Below, piece by piece: positions 26,204-35,760 of a stretch of DNA of 42,390 nt; positions within the stretch are counted from its first letter, which is position 1, and each line of letters starts with the position of its first letter. A model generated the notes under the pieces. The model worked only from the letters and a program-made list of their open reading frames with translations. It searched no databases and was not told the origin of the DNA. A program made the translations under genes and the position numbers. This DNA comes from an uncultured Methanosarcinales archaeon (GTDB lineage: Archaea > Nanobdellota > Nanobdellia > Woesearchaeales > WJKV01): assembly GCA_964576505.1 (NCBI GenBank), contig CAZNVD010000004.1:29225-71614 (forward strand), in the 5' to 3' direction.

Positions 26204-27490
26204 ATGGAGCTCCAAAATGCAAAAGGGGTGCGGGATTTTGGGCCTGCTGAAAAGAAGGTCAGGCAGCATATTACTTCTCTTATTCAGGAAACATTTGAAG
26301 AGTTTGGATACTTACCACTTGAAACTCCAGTAATCGAACGGAAGGATGTACTTATTTCTAAGTATACAGGTGGGGAAGAGATTACTAAAGAAATGTATGT
26401 TTTTACAGATCAGGGTGGAAGGGAGCTTGCTCTTCGTTATGATTTAACGGTTCCTTTTGCACGATTTGTGGGAATGAATAAAGAGTTGAAAATGCCTTTC
26501 AAAAGGTATCATATTGACCGGGTTTTCAGAGATGGGCCTATGAAGACTGGACGGTACCGTGAGTTCTGGCAGTGTGATGGGGATATTGTCGGATGCAAAG
26601 ATGTAACAGCGGAAGCTGAGCTTCTGTCTCTGGCTCAACGCGTGTTTGAGAAACTTGGAGTTGAATATTCTATTGAGATTAACAGTAGGAAAATTCTTAC
26701 AGGAATTATGGAGCAGGCTGGTATTAGAGCAGATAGACAGAATAGCATGATTTTAGTAATTGACAAATTTGAGAAAGTAGGAGAAGCGGGAGTAAAGAAA
26801 GAACTTGTTGAAAAGGGATTCAGTGATAGAGAAATTACTGATGTTTTCTTTTTCGTTAAGATTAGCGGGACAAATAAAGGGAAAATCGAATTCTTGAAAG
26901 AAAAAATTGAGAATGAGATCGGAAAAGCTGGAATTCAGGAAGTTGAAAAGGTGCTCGGGCTTTTGGAACATGTGAATCATGTTATATTTTCACCGTTCCT
27001 TGCACGTGGACTTGCATATTATACTGGATTGATTTATGAATTCTTTTTGGCTGATCGCAAAGAGTTTGGGTCATCAATTGGAGCTGGTGGAAGATACGAT
27101 AAAATGATTGGAGATCTGCTTGAAAGCAAGCAAGAATATCCTGCTGTTGGTGTTAGCTTCGGGTTAGATGTGTTAAGCGACATAATTATGAAGAAACAAA
27201 AGATTCAGTATGCGGCAGATGTTTTTGTGGTACCTATTCAGAAGTTTAAGGAAGGTTTCAGATTAGCGCAGTTTCTCCGGAAAGATGGAGTCAAGGTTGA
27301 TATGGATCTTATGGAACGGGGAATTACCAAGAATTTAAAGTATGCAGACAGTTTAGGAATTCCATATGTGATTATAGTTGGTGAAGAAGAAATGAAAGCT
27401 GGTAAATTCACATTTAAAGATATGAAGAGTGGAGTTGAAGACAGGCTAACATTTGAAGAGATTGTTGAACGGGTGAGAAGAAAAAAATAA
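26204..27490 (+). CDS. hisS: Histidine--tRNA ligase
   Basis: KGVRDF, LALRYDLTVPFAR, GRYREFWQCD.D, LARGLAYYTG, GGRYD. Confidence 0.96.
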   Translation: MELQNAKGVRDFGPAEKKVRQHITSLIQETFEEFGYLPLETPVIERKDVLISKYTGGEEITKEMYVFTDQGGRELALRYDLTVPFARFVGMNKELKMPFKRYHIDRVFRDGPMKTGRYREFWQCDGDIVGCKDVTAEAELLSLAQRVFEKLGVEYSIEINSRKILTGIMEQAGIRADRQNSMILVIDKFEKVGEAGVKKELVEKGFSDREITDVFFFVKISGTNKGKIEFLKEKIENEIGKAGIQEVEKVLGLLEHVNHVIFSPFLARGLAYYTGLIYEFFLADRKEFGSSIGAGGRYDKMIGDLLESKQEYPAVGVSFGLDVLSDIIMKKQKIQYAADVFVVPIQKFKEGFRLAQFLRKDGVKVDMDLMERGITKNLKYADSLGIPYVIIVGEEEMKAGKFTFKDMKSGVEDRLTFEEIVERVRRKK

Positions 27491-28366
27491 TTATTCGCTT
27501 GTCAATCTAATTGCTTTTTTGTCTTTAATCAAGAATGTGTGTTCATGCTGGCTTACTAAACCACCTGCTTTTTCTACTAAAGGTCGATAGAAGATACATG
27601 AATTATTGTTCAGGATTTCTTTTAAGCCTAATTCCAAACCAAGTTGAGGAAGCCAGCGTTTTGCAAATGGGAGACCATTGTATTGCTGGCAATGTTGAAT
27701 GATATTTCTGGCAAATGGTGTACGAGCTTTTGCTGTTTTCTCCAGGCAAAAGATTTGTGGATGGGATGCTTCTAAAACTTCGCCTAATCCAGTGGTTGCA
27801 AAAGGTTCGACTGCTAAATAAGTGCCGGCTTCTAAATAGCGGTCGTCGCCAGTATCTATATTTGGAATTGTGATCCCTGCGTGCAATTCATAAGGTTCGA
27901 GAGAATGTCCAGACAAATTCTTAATTGGGATGAAGCCTGCGTCCTGAATGATTGACTCTATAGCGTGCCCAATTTCTCCGATGGTGACTCCCGCTTTCAG
28001 AATTTTTTCCACAGCTGCGACTGCGTCCATGGATGCTTTTACAAGTTTTGCATTATTTCCAGAGAGATCAATTGTTAATGCGTTGTCGCCTATTGCGCCG
28101 TTAACACTGACTCCCACGTCAAGTTTTACGACTTCGGTGCCTGCGAATGTTTGAGGATCGTTGAATTTTGGACTAAAATGTGCGGCTCCAGAGTCTAAAG
28201 AAATGTTAACAGGGAATGCAGGGTGGCCGCCTAATTGTTTTATTTTTTCTTCAATCTGGTGGGCTACTGAAAGAAGGGTTACACCAGGCTTAACTAATTT
28301 TTTACCAAATAGTAAACTTTGCTGTGCAATATTCCCTGCTTTTTCCCAGTCCTTGTCAGTTGCCAT
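27491..28366 (-). CDS. map: Type II methionine aminopeptidase
   Basis: AFPVNIS, AAHF, KLDVG...G.IGD.A, NLSGH, LHAG, AVEPFAT, SQHEHT. Confidence 0.95.
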   Translation of the reverse strand: MATDKDWEKAGNIAQQSLLFGKKLVKPGVTLLSVAHQIEEKIKQLGGHPAFPVNISLDSGAAHFSPKFNDPQTFAGTEVVKLDVGVSVNGAIGDNALTIDLSGNNAKLVKASMDAVAAVEKILKAGVTIGEIGHAIESIIQDAGFIPIKNLSGHSLEPYELHAGITIPNIDTGDDRYLEAGTYLAVEPFATTGLGEVLEASHPQIFCLEKTAKARTPFARNIIQHCQQYNGLPFAKRWLPQLGLELGLKEILNNNSCIFYRPLVEKAGGLVSQHEHTFLIKDKKAIRLTSE

Positions 28367-28398
28367 ATTAGAAAAATGATAATAAAAAAATCATTTAT

Positions 28399-28674
28399 TT
28401 ATTTAGACAATGCTGCTTTTTTCATGCAACACTGAGTTTGCTGATCAGTACATTTGTATTCTGCTCTAACTTCTTCATCATCTGCACCAAATCCATCCTG
28501 ACACAAGCTTGGCAAAACGCATCGTCCGCCTTTTGCGCCACAGCTGTCTGCTTCCTGGGTAAATTTACCGATTCTTCCGGTGAAAATTACTGCAAGAACT
28601 ACAAGTACAAGTATAGATAGTGCTGCAATAACGATTGTTGTTAAAGAAAGACCTTGTCCCCTTTTTTGGCTCAT
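28399..28674 (-). CDS. Small pilin-like protein with class III signal peptide and Cys-rich C-terminus
   Basis: MSQKRGQ-GLSLTTIVIAALSILVLVVLAVIF; C..KGGRC...C...C...CC. Confidence 0.8.
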   Translation of the reverse strand: MSQKRGQGLSLTTIVIAALSILVLVVLAVIFTGRIGKFTQEADSCGAKGGRCVLPSLCQDGFGADDEEVRAEYKCTDQQTQCCMKKAALSK

Positions 28675-28752
28675 ATTAATAACCTCAGTTTTCGGGAAAG
28701 AATTTTGCTATATAAATATTATTGTTTTGCAGCACATACAACTTGGCTGCTT

Positions 28753-29685
28753 TTATATGTTGGATACTTTGTCATTGGTAGTTGTTCCCAGAAAACCAAG
28801 ATGGCTGCCTTGAATTCCCAATATGTGATGACTTATGATTGCAAGTGAGTGAGATAGATAAATCTCAGCTGGATTTTGTTTACCGTGTTCAGCGAGACGT
28901 GTTTTCAAATCATCATAAGCTGATGAGATTTCAAGAGCTTTTTCAGGAGTCATTTGATAGATGAAATTATAACAGGAAGAAAATAAGGAGGATACTTCAT
29001 TGCAGAGGGTGCCAAAATCAGGGGAAAGAGAAGATGTTTTTGCGGCGGCAGAGTACAATACTTTAAACTGATCGCTTATTTCTTCCAGACGATGAATGGT
29101 GAGATACATACTGTAGGATCTTTGTGTGTTTGGAGCAAATCCATTTTTTGAAATCTGGCGCAGGCAGGTGTGGGTGAGTTTGTTGATTTCTTTATCCTTT
29201 GCGGCAAGTTGTTGAAGAGTTTTAAGGTCATGTTTTGCGAGAGCTGAGCTTCCATCTTCAATCAGAGTTTTTATTTGCAGAAACAGGCGACGCAAAAGAT
29301 TGCTGAATTCTTTTGGGGCAGTTCCAGTCACATCTTTCATGACAATTGTGGAAGCAGACTGATCAGTGATTTCAAATCCAAGAAGTTCATCTAAAATGCG
29401 AGTTGATTCAGGATTGTTCAGATCAGAAATTTTTGAAACTTCAATTGCATCAAAACCTAAATGGTATGCATTAATAACACTTCGATTGACCAGCCTGCCA
29501 AGAGCATGAGCATCAAATGAAGTTGATGGTCCAGTTACAGGGTTTGTTGTTCTTATGATAAGTTCCGAGCCTCTATCTTCTATGTCAATTTCCTGGTCTC
29601 CAGATAGATTAAATCTATGTGTCCATGCACTTGGCAAAGAAATGGTTAAAGTCGATGCACCTTGTTTGACTATCTTGCGTCTCAT
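28753..29685 (-). CDS. Archaeal AbrB-PhoU phosphate uptake regulator-like protein
   Basis: MRRKIVKQGASTLTISLPSAW, AYHLGFDAIEV, LLGFEI, LLRRLF, DKEINKL, LEEISD. Confidence 0.85.
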   Translation of the reverse strand: MRRKIVKQGASTLTISLPSAWTHRFNLSGDQEIDIEDRGSELIIRTTNPVTGPSTSFDAHALGRLVNRSVINAYHLGFDAIEVSKISDLNNPESTRILDELLGFEITDQSASTIVMKDVTGTAPKEFSNLLRRLFLQIKTLIEDGSSALAKHDLKTLQQLAAKDKEINKLTHTCLRQISKNGFAPNTQRSYSMYLTIHRLEEISDQFKVLYSAAAKTSSLSPDFGTLCNEVSSLFSSCYNFIYQMTPEKALEISSAYDDLKTRLAEHGKQNPAEIYLSHSLAIISHHILGIQGSHLGFLGTTTNDKVSNI

Positions 29686-29710
29686 GAAAAATTATAAAGG
29701 AACATGAGCT

Positions 29711-29813
29711 ATTAAAAATTATCGATTATATTTCGGTTTAGATAATTTTTAACGCCTCTCAATCGCTGCATTTGGTATCTAAATTTAACTGGAGAGCGAT
29801 TGCGAGTTATTTA
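29711..29813. repeat. Double-hairpin element, family B copy 2
   Basis: TTAAAAATTATC/GATAATTTTTAA then CTCTCAATCGCT/AGCGATTGCGAG; same arms and order as the hicB insertion. Confidence 0.7.
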
Positions 29814-29814
29814 A

Positions 29815-30903
29815 TTATTTACTTTTTTTCTTTACTGCTTTCTTTGCTTTGTTAGAAATGGAGGGAGTGTGGTCTCTCATGAAGGACAAGAAGAGGTCAC
29901 GATCTTTAGATTGAACTGTTGCACCGCATGCATGTGGATGACCACCACCGCTGGCATTAAGTTTTTGAACTACTGGTTCAAGGATTGAAAGTAAATCTCC
30001 ATGATATCTTAAACTCATCTTCAACTGACCGTCTTTTTTCCTTGCAACCATGACAAGTGAATCTGGATTGTGATAGAATAATTCATTGCAAAGATCAGAA
30101 GTTACAGTAAGTGTATTATTTTCATACTCGAAATAAATTAAAGTGCGATCTTCAAGTTGTCTGATCTGGGATTCTGCACTTTTTTTCAATTCAAGATATA
30201 CTTTTTCAAACATATCATATGATTGATATACAACATCCATGGATGGATTATGTCTATCCAGGATTTCACGAGGATCTTTTAATCTGGCGAAAACAGGAAT
30301 TATTTTCTTGATACGACTGACTGCATCTTTCATGAAAAATGAAACAATAGTTATGACTAAACCAAAACGAGTGTTATAACGGAAATCTTCCATTGATTTA
30401 TTCAAGTCAGGTATTAAATCAGGATATTCTTTTGCGACTTTGTCCAGAAATGGAGGGACGTAGGCATCTGAAATGCTTCCCAAGGCGCCAAGCCAATAAT
30501 CCTGGCCAACTGCTTCGCAGCAAATTGCTGAGACTGGAACATAGGCATTGTGATCTTTCAAACAAGGATTGATTGTGACATGAACAGGAAGTTTTGGATT
30601 GTGTTGATGGTGATCGATCCATACAATAGGAGCAGTAGATTGTTTAACAAATGATTCATCCAATCTTGGAATGTCGAGAATGAATATTTTGTCGGGAGCG
30701 TACTCGATTACTTTTGGAATGAAGTATGAATCTAAGGGTTTCTTTTTTACAACAATTCCATGTCCTTCTTTTTTGTATCTGTATAATAGCATGAAACTGC
30801 AGAATCCATCAGGATCATCATCAAATAAAAAAAGAGGGCGGGTGCAGCTATCTAATTCTGATCTTATTTTGTCTAAATCTTTTTGAGTAATTCCAGGAAG
30901 CAT
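29815..30903 (-). CDS. DHH/DHHA1 phosphoesterase (RecJ/NrnA superfamily)
   Basis: FDDDPDG, ILD, WIDHH, ISD, SLR, GGGHPHACGA. Confidence 0.9.
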   Translation of the reverse strand: MLPGITQKDLDKIRSELDSCTRPLFLFDDDPDGFCSFMLLYRYKKEGHGIVVKKKPLDSYFIPKVIEYAPDKIFILDIPRLDESFVKQSTAPIVWIDHHQHNPKLPVHVTINPCLKDHNAYVPVSAICCEAVGQDYWLGALGSISDAYVPPFLDKVAKEYPDLIPDLNKSMEDFRYNTRFGLVITIVSFFMKDAVSRIKKIIPVFARLKDPREILDRHNPSMDVVYQSYDMFEKVYLELKKSAESQIRQLEDRTLIYFEYENNTLTVTSDLCNELFYHNPDSLVMVARKKDGQLKMSLRYHGDLLSILEPVVQKLNASGGGHPHACGATVQSKDRDLFLSFMRDHTPSISNKAKKAVKKKSK

Positions 30904-30926
30904 GATTGTGGTTTGTAGAAAGTCAT

Positions 30927-32393
30927 TTATAAATTGGTTGGTTGTTGATTTGGGTCTGATTGAGTAGAAGGTTGAGATTCAATTGTTTCTTTTGTTTCAA
31001 TAATTTCAGTTGCTTCAACTGATTCTGATAGCTTTGTTTTTTTGGGTTTCTTTTCTTTTTGGGGTTTGGGTTCTTTCTTAGGTTTAGGTTCCTTTACAGG
31101 CTTTTCATTCATTTTTATTGCATGATGTTTCCTTAATGAGTATGCAACCGGGTTTGTGATTTTTCTACAAAGATTATCTGGATGGCAGATGCCAATTCCT
31201 TTGTAGTAATCCATGTTGTCGCAATTAGGCGGAAGAATGAGTTCTTTTTTCATGTGGTAGGAGATATGATTTAGTATGTCTGCGTCTCTTAATGGTTTAG
31301 GGTTGTTGCGGTTCCAGGCTAGCAGATAATCTTCTATTTGCTTTTGGGGCCATGACATGTGCTTAAGGAAGTTGACTGCGGCAAATAAGGCCCGCTTCTT
31401 TCCATCTTCAATTCCCTTCATCAGATGGTGCATGCAGGGAGGAAACAAGGTTTCAGGAATAAATTCTGTGGATTGAATGTGGGGGCGTTCAGATTGTTTT
31501 GACTGGCGCTGCTGGTCTTCCAGAGTTTTAATGCTGGTGGCGTGGTCCATGGCAGCGATGAAAAGAGATCTCGTGGTTCCTTGTTTATTTTCCAAGAAAC
31601 GGAATGGAGCGATGGTGAAACGATCAGGGTGAGCCTGGTCTTTCTCAAATGATGGTATATCTGATGGTTTTAATGGTAAAGAGATAAGACCCGATTTTTC
31701 GTTTAATGAGTATGGCATTCTGAATAAATGTCTTGATGAAATGAGAACTGTGTCTATTTTGAGGAGGGTGAATGGATTGAGTTGATTGTTTTCTAATAGT
31801 TCTTCTTGAAGACGGTTTGTTATTTTTGAAATATCTTCTATGGTGTATTGTTTGAGGAATGCTGTTGCTAATGGATTTTTTATTGAGTGGGTGAGGTAGG
31901 CAGCAATTTTTCTTGCTGCATCAGGGAACATATGTTCGATAGGTTTGGAATTTATTGTTTCAGGGAATGTTTCAAAGGCAACACCCAAATGAAATCCAGA
32001 TGAACCCGAGAATTTGACTGAGAATGGAACGTCGTAGGATTCTAAAGTATTAGAGAGAACTGTTGCACAGATTTTGCTGAGCTCAAAATATGGACAGTCT
32101 ATATCAAGAATTAAGTCCCAGCCTTTTCTGTTGGAGTCGAGTTCTTTTGCGGTTAATCCTGGCTTCAGAGACAGAGGATCGTGCCAGCGTTCTTCAGATG
32201 CATGAAATGATGAGGCTCCTTGTTTTGCCAGTGCAAGAATTTCATCAGGATATTGGATAATATCAGGACGTTTTCCATAGTTGCCGGTTGCGTAGCGGAT
32301 TGAGACTTCACGGGATTCAGCTAATGCGAGGATTTCCTCCTGGACATCTCTACGCTTGTAATGGTTTAAAATGTCAGATGTTGTGAGAGACAT
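30927..32393 (-). CDS. Fused archaeal DNA primase (PriS catalytic domain + PriL C-terminal Fe-S domain)
   Basis: GWDLILDID, KFSGSSGFH, SSRHLFRMPYSLNEKS; then FPPCM and PPNC...C.PD..C; low-complexity K/E/P tail. Confidence 0.9.
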   Translation of the reverse strand: MSLTTSDILNHYKRRDVQEEILALAESREVSIRYATGNYGKRPDIIQYPDEILALAKQGASSFHASEERWHDPLSLKPGLTAKELDSNRKGWDLILDIDCPYFELSKICATVLSNTLESYDVPFSVKFSGSSGFHLGVAFETFPETINSKPIEHMFPDAARKIAAYLTHSIKNPLATAFLKQYTIEDISKITNRLQEELLENNQLNPFTLLKIDTVLISSRHLFRMPYSLNEKSGLISLPLKPSDIPSFEKDQAHPDRFTIAPFRFLENKQGTTRSLFIAAMDHATSIKTLEDQQRQSKQSERPHIQSTEFIPETLFPPCMHHLMKGIEDGKKRALFAAVNFLKHMSWPQKQIEDYLLAWNRNNPKPLRDADILNHISYHMKKELILPPNCDNMDYYKGIGICHPDNLCRKITNPVAYSLRKHHAIKMNEKPVKEPKPKKEPKPQKEKKPKKTKLSESVEATEIIETKETIESQPSTQSDPNQQPTNL

Positions 32394-32491
32394 AGAACTT
32401 TTGAGGATTTGTTTCTATAAAAAGGTTTGGGAGAGAACTAAAGTATTACATGAGTATGCAAGTTTATAAATTAAAACCAGTTATCTAACTC

Positions 32492-33256
32492 ATGGAAAAG
32501 TGGGAAATTGCACTTCAAAAATTTCTTAAAAAGTGGGAAAACAAAAAGGAAGTAGTAGGTGCGCTTGTGTGTGGAAGCTATATAACTGGAAATCCCAGCA
32601 AACATTCAGATATTGATGTTCATTTGATTTTAAATTCTAAAACAAAGTGGAGACAAAGAGGTAATGAGATTATAGATGGAATTCTTATTGAATATTTTGC
32701 AAACCCTGCAAGAACACATTTTGAATATTCTGAAAGTGACTACAAACAAAGAAGAAAGAGCAATGCACACATGTTTTGTAGTGGCAAGATTTTGTTTGAC
32801 AAAACAGGAGAGCTGAAGAAACTTATTCAGGATTCCAAAAAGAATCTTGTGCGGAAATTCCCTAAACAAAACAGGATTAGCGTTGAAATTTCAAAATATG
32901 GCTTATGGGATATGATGGACAATCTGGAAGAGATATTTGAATCTAATGGAGATGAGTTTGTATTTGTTTACAATGTATTTCTTTACAAGTTATTTGACCA
33001 GTATTCTGCATTTCTGAGGTTTGATTCAATCCTTGTAAATAAACTGAAACGATTTTTAACAAATGAACAAGATAAGAAAAAATATCATATTGCTCATTTT
33101 CCAGATCAGACTTTTGTGCGCATTTTTGTGAAAGCGATGGAAACAAAAGACAAGAAAAACATGATGAGTGAATACAAAAAACTGACTAATCACGTCCTTG
33201 TTAAAATGGGTGGATTTGAAATTGATGGCTGGAAAATAAGAAGTCCTGCTGAATAA
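32492..33256 (+). CDS. Nucleotidyltransferase-domain protein with helical C-terminal domain
   Basis: GALVCGSYITG...HSDIDVH (GS...DID) motif. Confidence 0.85.
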   Translation: MEKWEIALQKFLKKWENKKEVVGALVCGSYITGNPSKHSDIDVHLILNSKTKWRQRGNEIIDGILIEYFANPARTHFEYSESDYKQRRKSNAHMFCSGKILFDKTGELKKLIQDSKKNLVRKFPKQNRISVEISKYGLWDMMDNLEEIFESNGDEFVFVYNVFLYKLFDQYSAFLRFDSILVNKLKRFLTNEQDKKKYHIAHFPDQTFVRIFVKAMETKDKKNMMSEYKKLTNHVLVKMGGFEIDGWKIRSPAE

Positions 33257-33262
33257 GTAAAA

Positions 33263-33487
33263 TCACAATAATTCAAAGAATTCTTCTCTTGTGAGATTAG
33301 CTTGTTTTATTATTGACAATAATGTTTTCTTCCAGATCTCTGGATGATTTGGAATTGTAAGTCTTAGATGAGGCGGATCTTTATGACGGAGAATTATATG
33401 GCTTCCAGACTGATGGTCCAATTCATAGCCATGCTTTATGAAAATATTAACGAGTTCTTTACCCGAGAGAACTGGAAGCTTAGGCAT
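33263..33487 (-). CDS. hicA: HicA-family toxin
   Basis: MPKLPVLSGKEL...GY...HQSGSHIIL...LTIPNH.EI...TL.SIIKQA. Confidence 0.92.
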   Translation of the reverse strand: MPKLPVLSGKELVNIFIKHGYELDHQSGSHIILRHKDPPHLRLTIPNHPEIWKKTLLSIIKQANLTREEFFELL

Positions 33488-33689
33488 ATATCTCAATCAT
33501 TTCTTCCTCTATAGAAGGTATTGATTCATTATGTTTTTTTAGACTTTTTATGTAGCCTTCAATCGCATCCTTAAGATTAGTTACTGCTTCATTTCGCGTA
33601 TTTCCCTGAGATATGCATCCTGGCAGAGAAGGACATTCTGCTACAAAATGACCTTCTTCATCCTTTTCAATGAATACTCTGAATTTCAT
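33480..33689 (-). CDS. hicB: HicB-family antitoxin
   Basis: MKFRVFIEKDEEGHFVAECPSLPGCISQGNTRNEAVTNLKDAI. Confidence 0.92.
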   Translation of the reverse strand: MKFRVFIEKDEEGHFVAECPSLPGCISQGNTRNEAVTNLKDAIEGYIKSLKKHNESIPSIEEEMIEIYA

Positions 33690-33824
33690 GTTGTTCATGA
33701 TGAATATAGACATTGTTTACTTAAATAGTTTGTGTTAGAAAGTTGGAAATGTCTTTTATTAAGTATATATAAAATATGTAACATATGAAGAAGGTTCAAT
33801 TAGTAATCTGGCATCCATCTGGAC

Positions 33825-34259
33825 ATGCTAAACAAACACGATACCCGGCTGATTTCCCTGCTGCGACAAACAGGGGGAAAAAATATTTTTGATTATTTGA
33901 AACACCATGGATTGAAGAAATCTACAAGTTATGAAAAAATAAAAAATCACAGTGGACTTGTTAAGCAAGTTACTACTGTGTTAGATTATGAGAAACTTGG
34001 ATATGAATATCGTGTTCTGTTTATCTTTCATGGGGTTCAATGCAATTCTCAGCTGCTTAGTGAACTACCTAATAATGAATGTGTGAATTATTGTGCAGTA
34101 AGCAATAAAAGAGATGTTGTAGTAGAAGGATTGTTTAAGGAACTTCAAGATATTCCAAGGTTCAAAGAGCATGCTTTTGAGCTATTAGAGTATTCAAGCA
34201 GTACAGTAATTCCATTGAGCCAGATTGTGTGTGAAGAACATTTTCTGTGTGGAGGCTAG
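33825..34259 (+). CDS. Lrp/AsnC-family regulator (divergent)
   Basis: MLNKHDTRLISLLR, KSTSYEKIK HTH, TTVLDYEKLGY linker. Confidence 0.75.
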   Translation: MLNKHDTRLISLLRQTGGKNIFDYLKHHGLKKSTSYEKIKNHSGLVKQVTTVLDYEKLGYEYRVLFIFHGVQCNSQLLSELPNNECVNYCAVSNKRDVVVEGLFKELQDIPRFKEHAFELLEYSSSTVIPLSQIVCEEHFLCGG

Positions 34260-34936
34260 TGCTGAAGATTTCTTTTTGCCTTTCGATTTTTGCCAGTTTG
34301 TATAAATAGTTCCATAAATGTGAGCAATTCCTGAAAAGAGAGAGGATTAGTCTTAATTTTACATTTATTTTTTCTTATTGCGGCAAAAATTGAATCTATG
34401 GCTGGTTTTGCGTCTATATTTGTATAGTTGCGATCAAGCTGGTCCAGACGATGACAATCTGAATTTGCAATCAATGGTTTTTTCAGGATGAATGATGCAA
34501 GTCTTGCAAAAATGTTGAGATTGAAAAATCTGGTGTAAAAAAAGCTGTACTCTATTGCGTCAATTGCTTTGTGCCACCATAACAATTTGAAACCCATTGA
34601 ATGCGCAATAAATCCAGGATGGGCGGCGATAGTCAGAAGATTGTGAGTTTTTTTGTATTGAATGAGTTGAGCAAAGGTGTGGACTTTCATAATGCCCGAG
34701 ACATCTCCAAGGCATAAGACGTGACACCCCTGAATTGTTCGCTCGGTGCCGGGAATGACGAGCACATTGTATTTTTTCCCCCAGTGTATGGCATTTTTAA
34801 TTGGATCTATGCTATCGTGATTTGTTACTGCAACGACATTGTAGCCCAGCTTTGAGGCGGTCTTTACAAATAGTTCTTCATCGTAGACAGTTTCAAATGG
34901 TTCAGAAGCGTGAGCGTGGAAGTCGCATTTGAGCAT
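34256..34936 (-). CDS. PHP-domain phosphoesterase
   Basis: LKCDFHAH, AVTNHD, IPGTE, IAAHP, ANSDCH. Confidence 0.9.
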   Translation of the reverse strand: MLKCDFHAHASEPFETVYDEELFVKTASKLGYNVVAVTNHDSIDPIKNAIHWGKKYNVLVIPGTERTIQGCHVLCLGDVSGIMKVHTFAQLIQYKKTHNLLTIAAHPGFIAHSMGFKLLWWHKAIDAIEYSFFYTRFFNLNIFARLASFILKKPLIANSDCHRLDQLDRNYTNIDAKPAIDSIFAAIRKNKCKIKTNPLSFQELLTFMELFIQTGKNRKAKRNLQH

Positions 34937-34987
34937 TTTATTATTAGACAGGCGTATCTTTTAAGGATTGTGGAAGCCTAATTAGAA

Positions 34988-35629
34988 TTAATGCTGGACA
35001 AGTTGCATGATGGCTTGATGAGCAGGGACTGTGTCTTCGTTTTTTACATATAAGAATACTTCGGGTGGACAAATAATAAGTTCATGAATGTTTATTGTGC
35101 TGAGAGCAATCTCACCTGTGATCCTGGCAACAACACCTGGAGTAGGAATAGCATCTCTTTTCATTAAAATCCCGACCTCACTTAGATTTTCTTCAATGTG
35201 GAGAATATTCGCTTTGCCCACAATGTCTATTACTGCTGGAAGGCTTACAGTCTGAGCTATGATTTTGACTTCATTTCTTCCAGTAATAATTCTTGGAAGA
35301 TCACGGGTGACAATGGCTTTATTTTTGAACAAAACGGGAATATCTTTTTTTGCTTTGTCTGAACAGGTGATTGAAACAAGATTGTTTCTTGTAACAATGG
35401 TGGCATTCTGGAAAATTTCTCTTACTGTTAGTTCGTGTTCATCTAATGTCTTCTCAGATTCATAACGTCTAATTGCAGAAATAACTGCGTCAACGCTTGC
35501 AGATAGATTGTACTTTCTTATGAAGTACTTTGCAAGGCCTCTTGAATTTACAGCTCCTCGCATGAGGTTCTTTTGAATGCTTACGTCCAGGTCTATATAA
35601 CGCCAGATTTGCCTATTTATTGAAGTCAT
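34988..35629 (-). CDS. Archaeal regulator with N-terminal helical domain and C-terminal ACT-like domain
   Basis: GAVNSRGLAKY...SVDAVISAIRRY and TPGVVARITGEIALSTINIHELI. Confidence 0.75.
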   Translation of the reverse strand: MTSINRQIWRYIDLDVSIQKNLMRGAVNSRGLAKYFIRKYNLSASVDAVISAIRRYESEKTLDEHELTVREIFQNATIVTRNNLVSITCSDKAKKDIPVLFKNKAIVTRDLPRIITGRNEVKIIAQTVSLPAVIDIVGKANILHIEENLSEVGILMKRDAIPTPGVVARITGEIALSTINIHELIICPPEVFLYVKNEDTVPAHQAIMQLVQH

Positions 35630-35760
35630 AAGGGTGTTTATAAGGGGTATTTTTTAAAGTTTGTCATTTTTGATGTAAATTTGTCAAAAAGGTATAAATA
35701 TTTGAGTAAGAATGAATTTAATTAAAAAAGTTTAAAAATGATTTTCTTTCGAGACTGTTT

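Noticed and set aside
35657-35690. TTTTTGA...TCAAAAA inverted repeat between the ACT regulator and the methylthiotransferase
   Set aside because: Short and AT-rich, so expected by chance; it could be an operator but is unsupported
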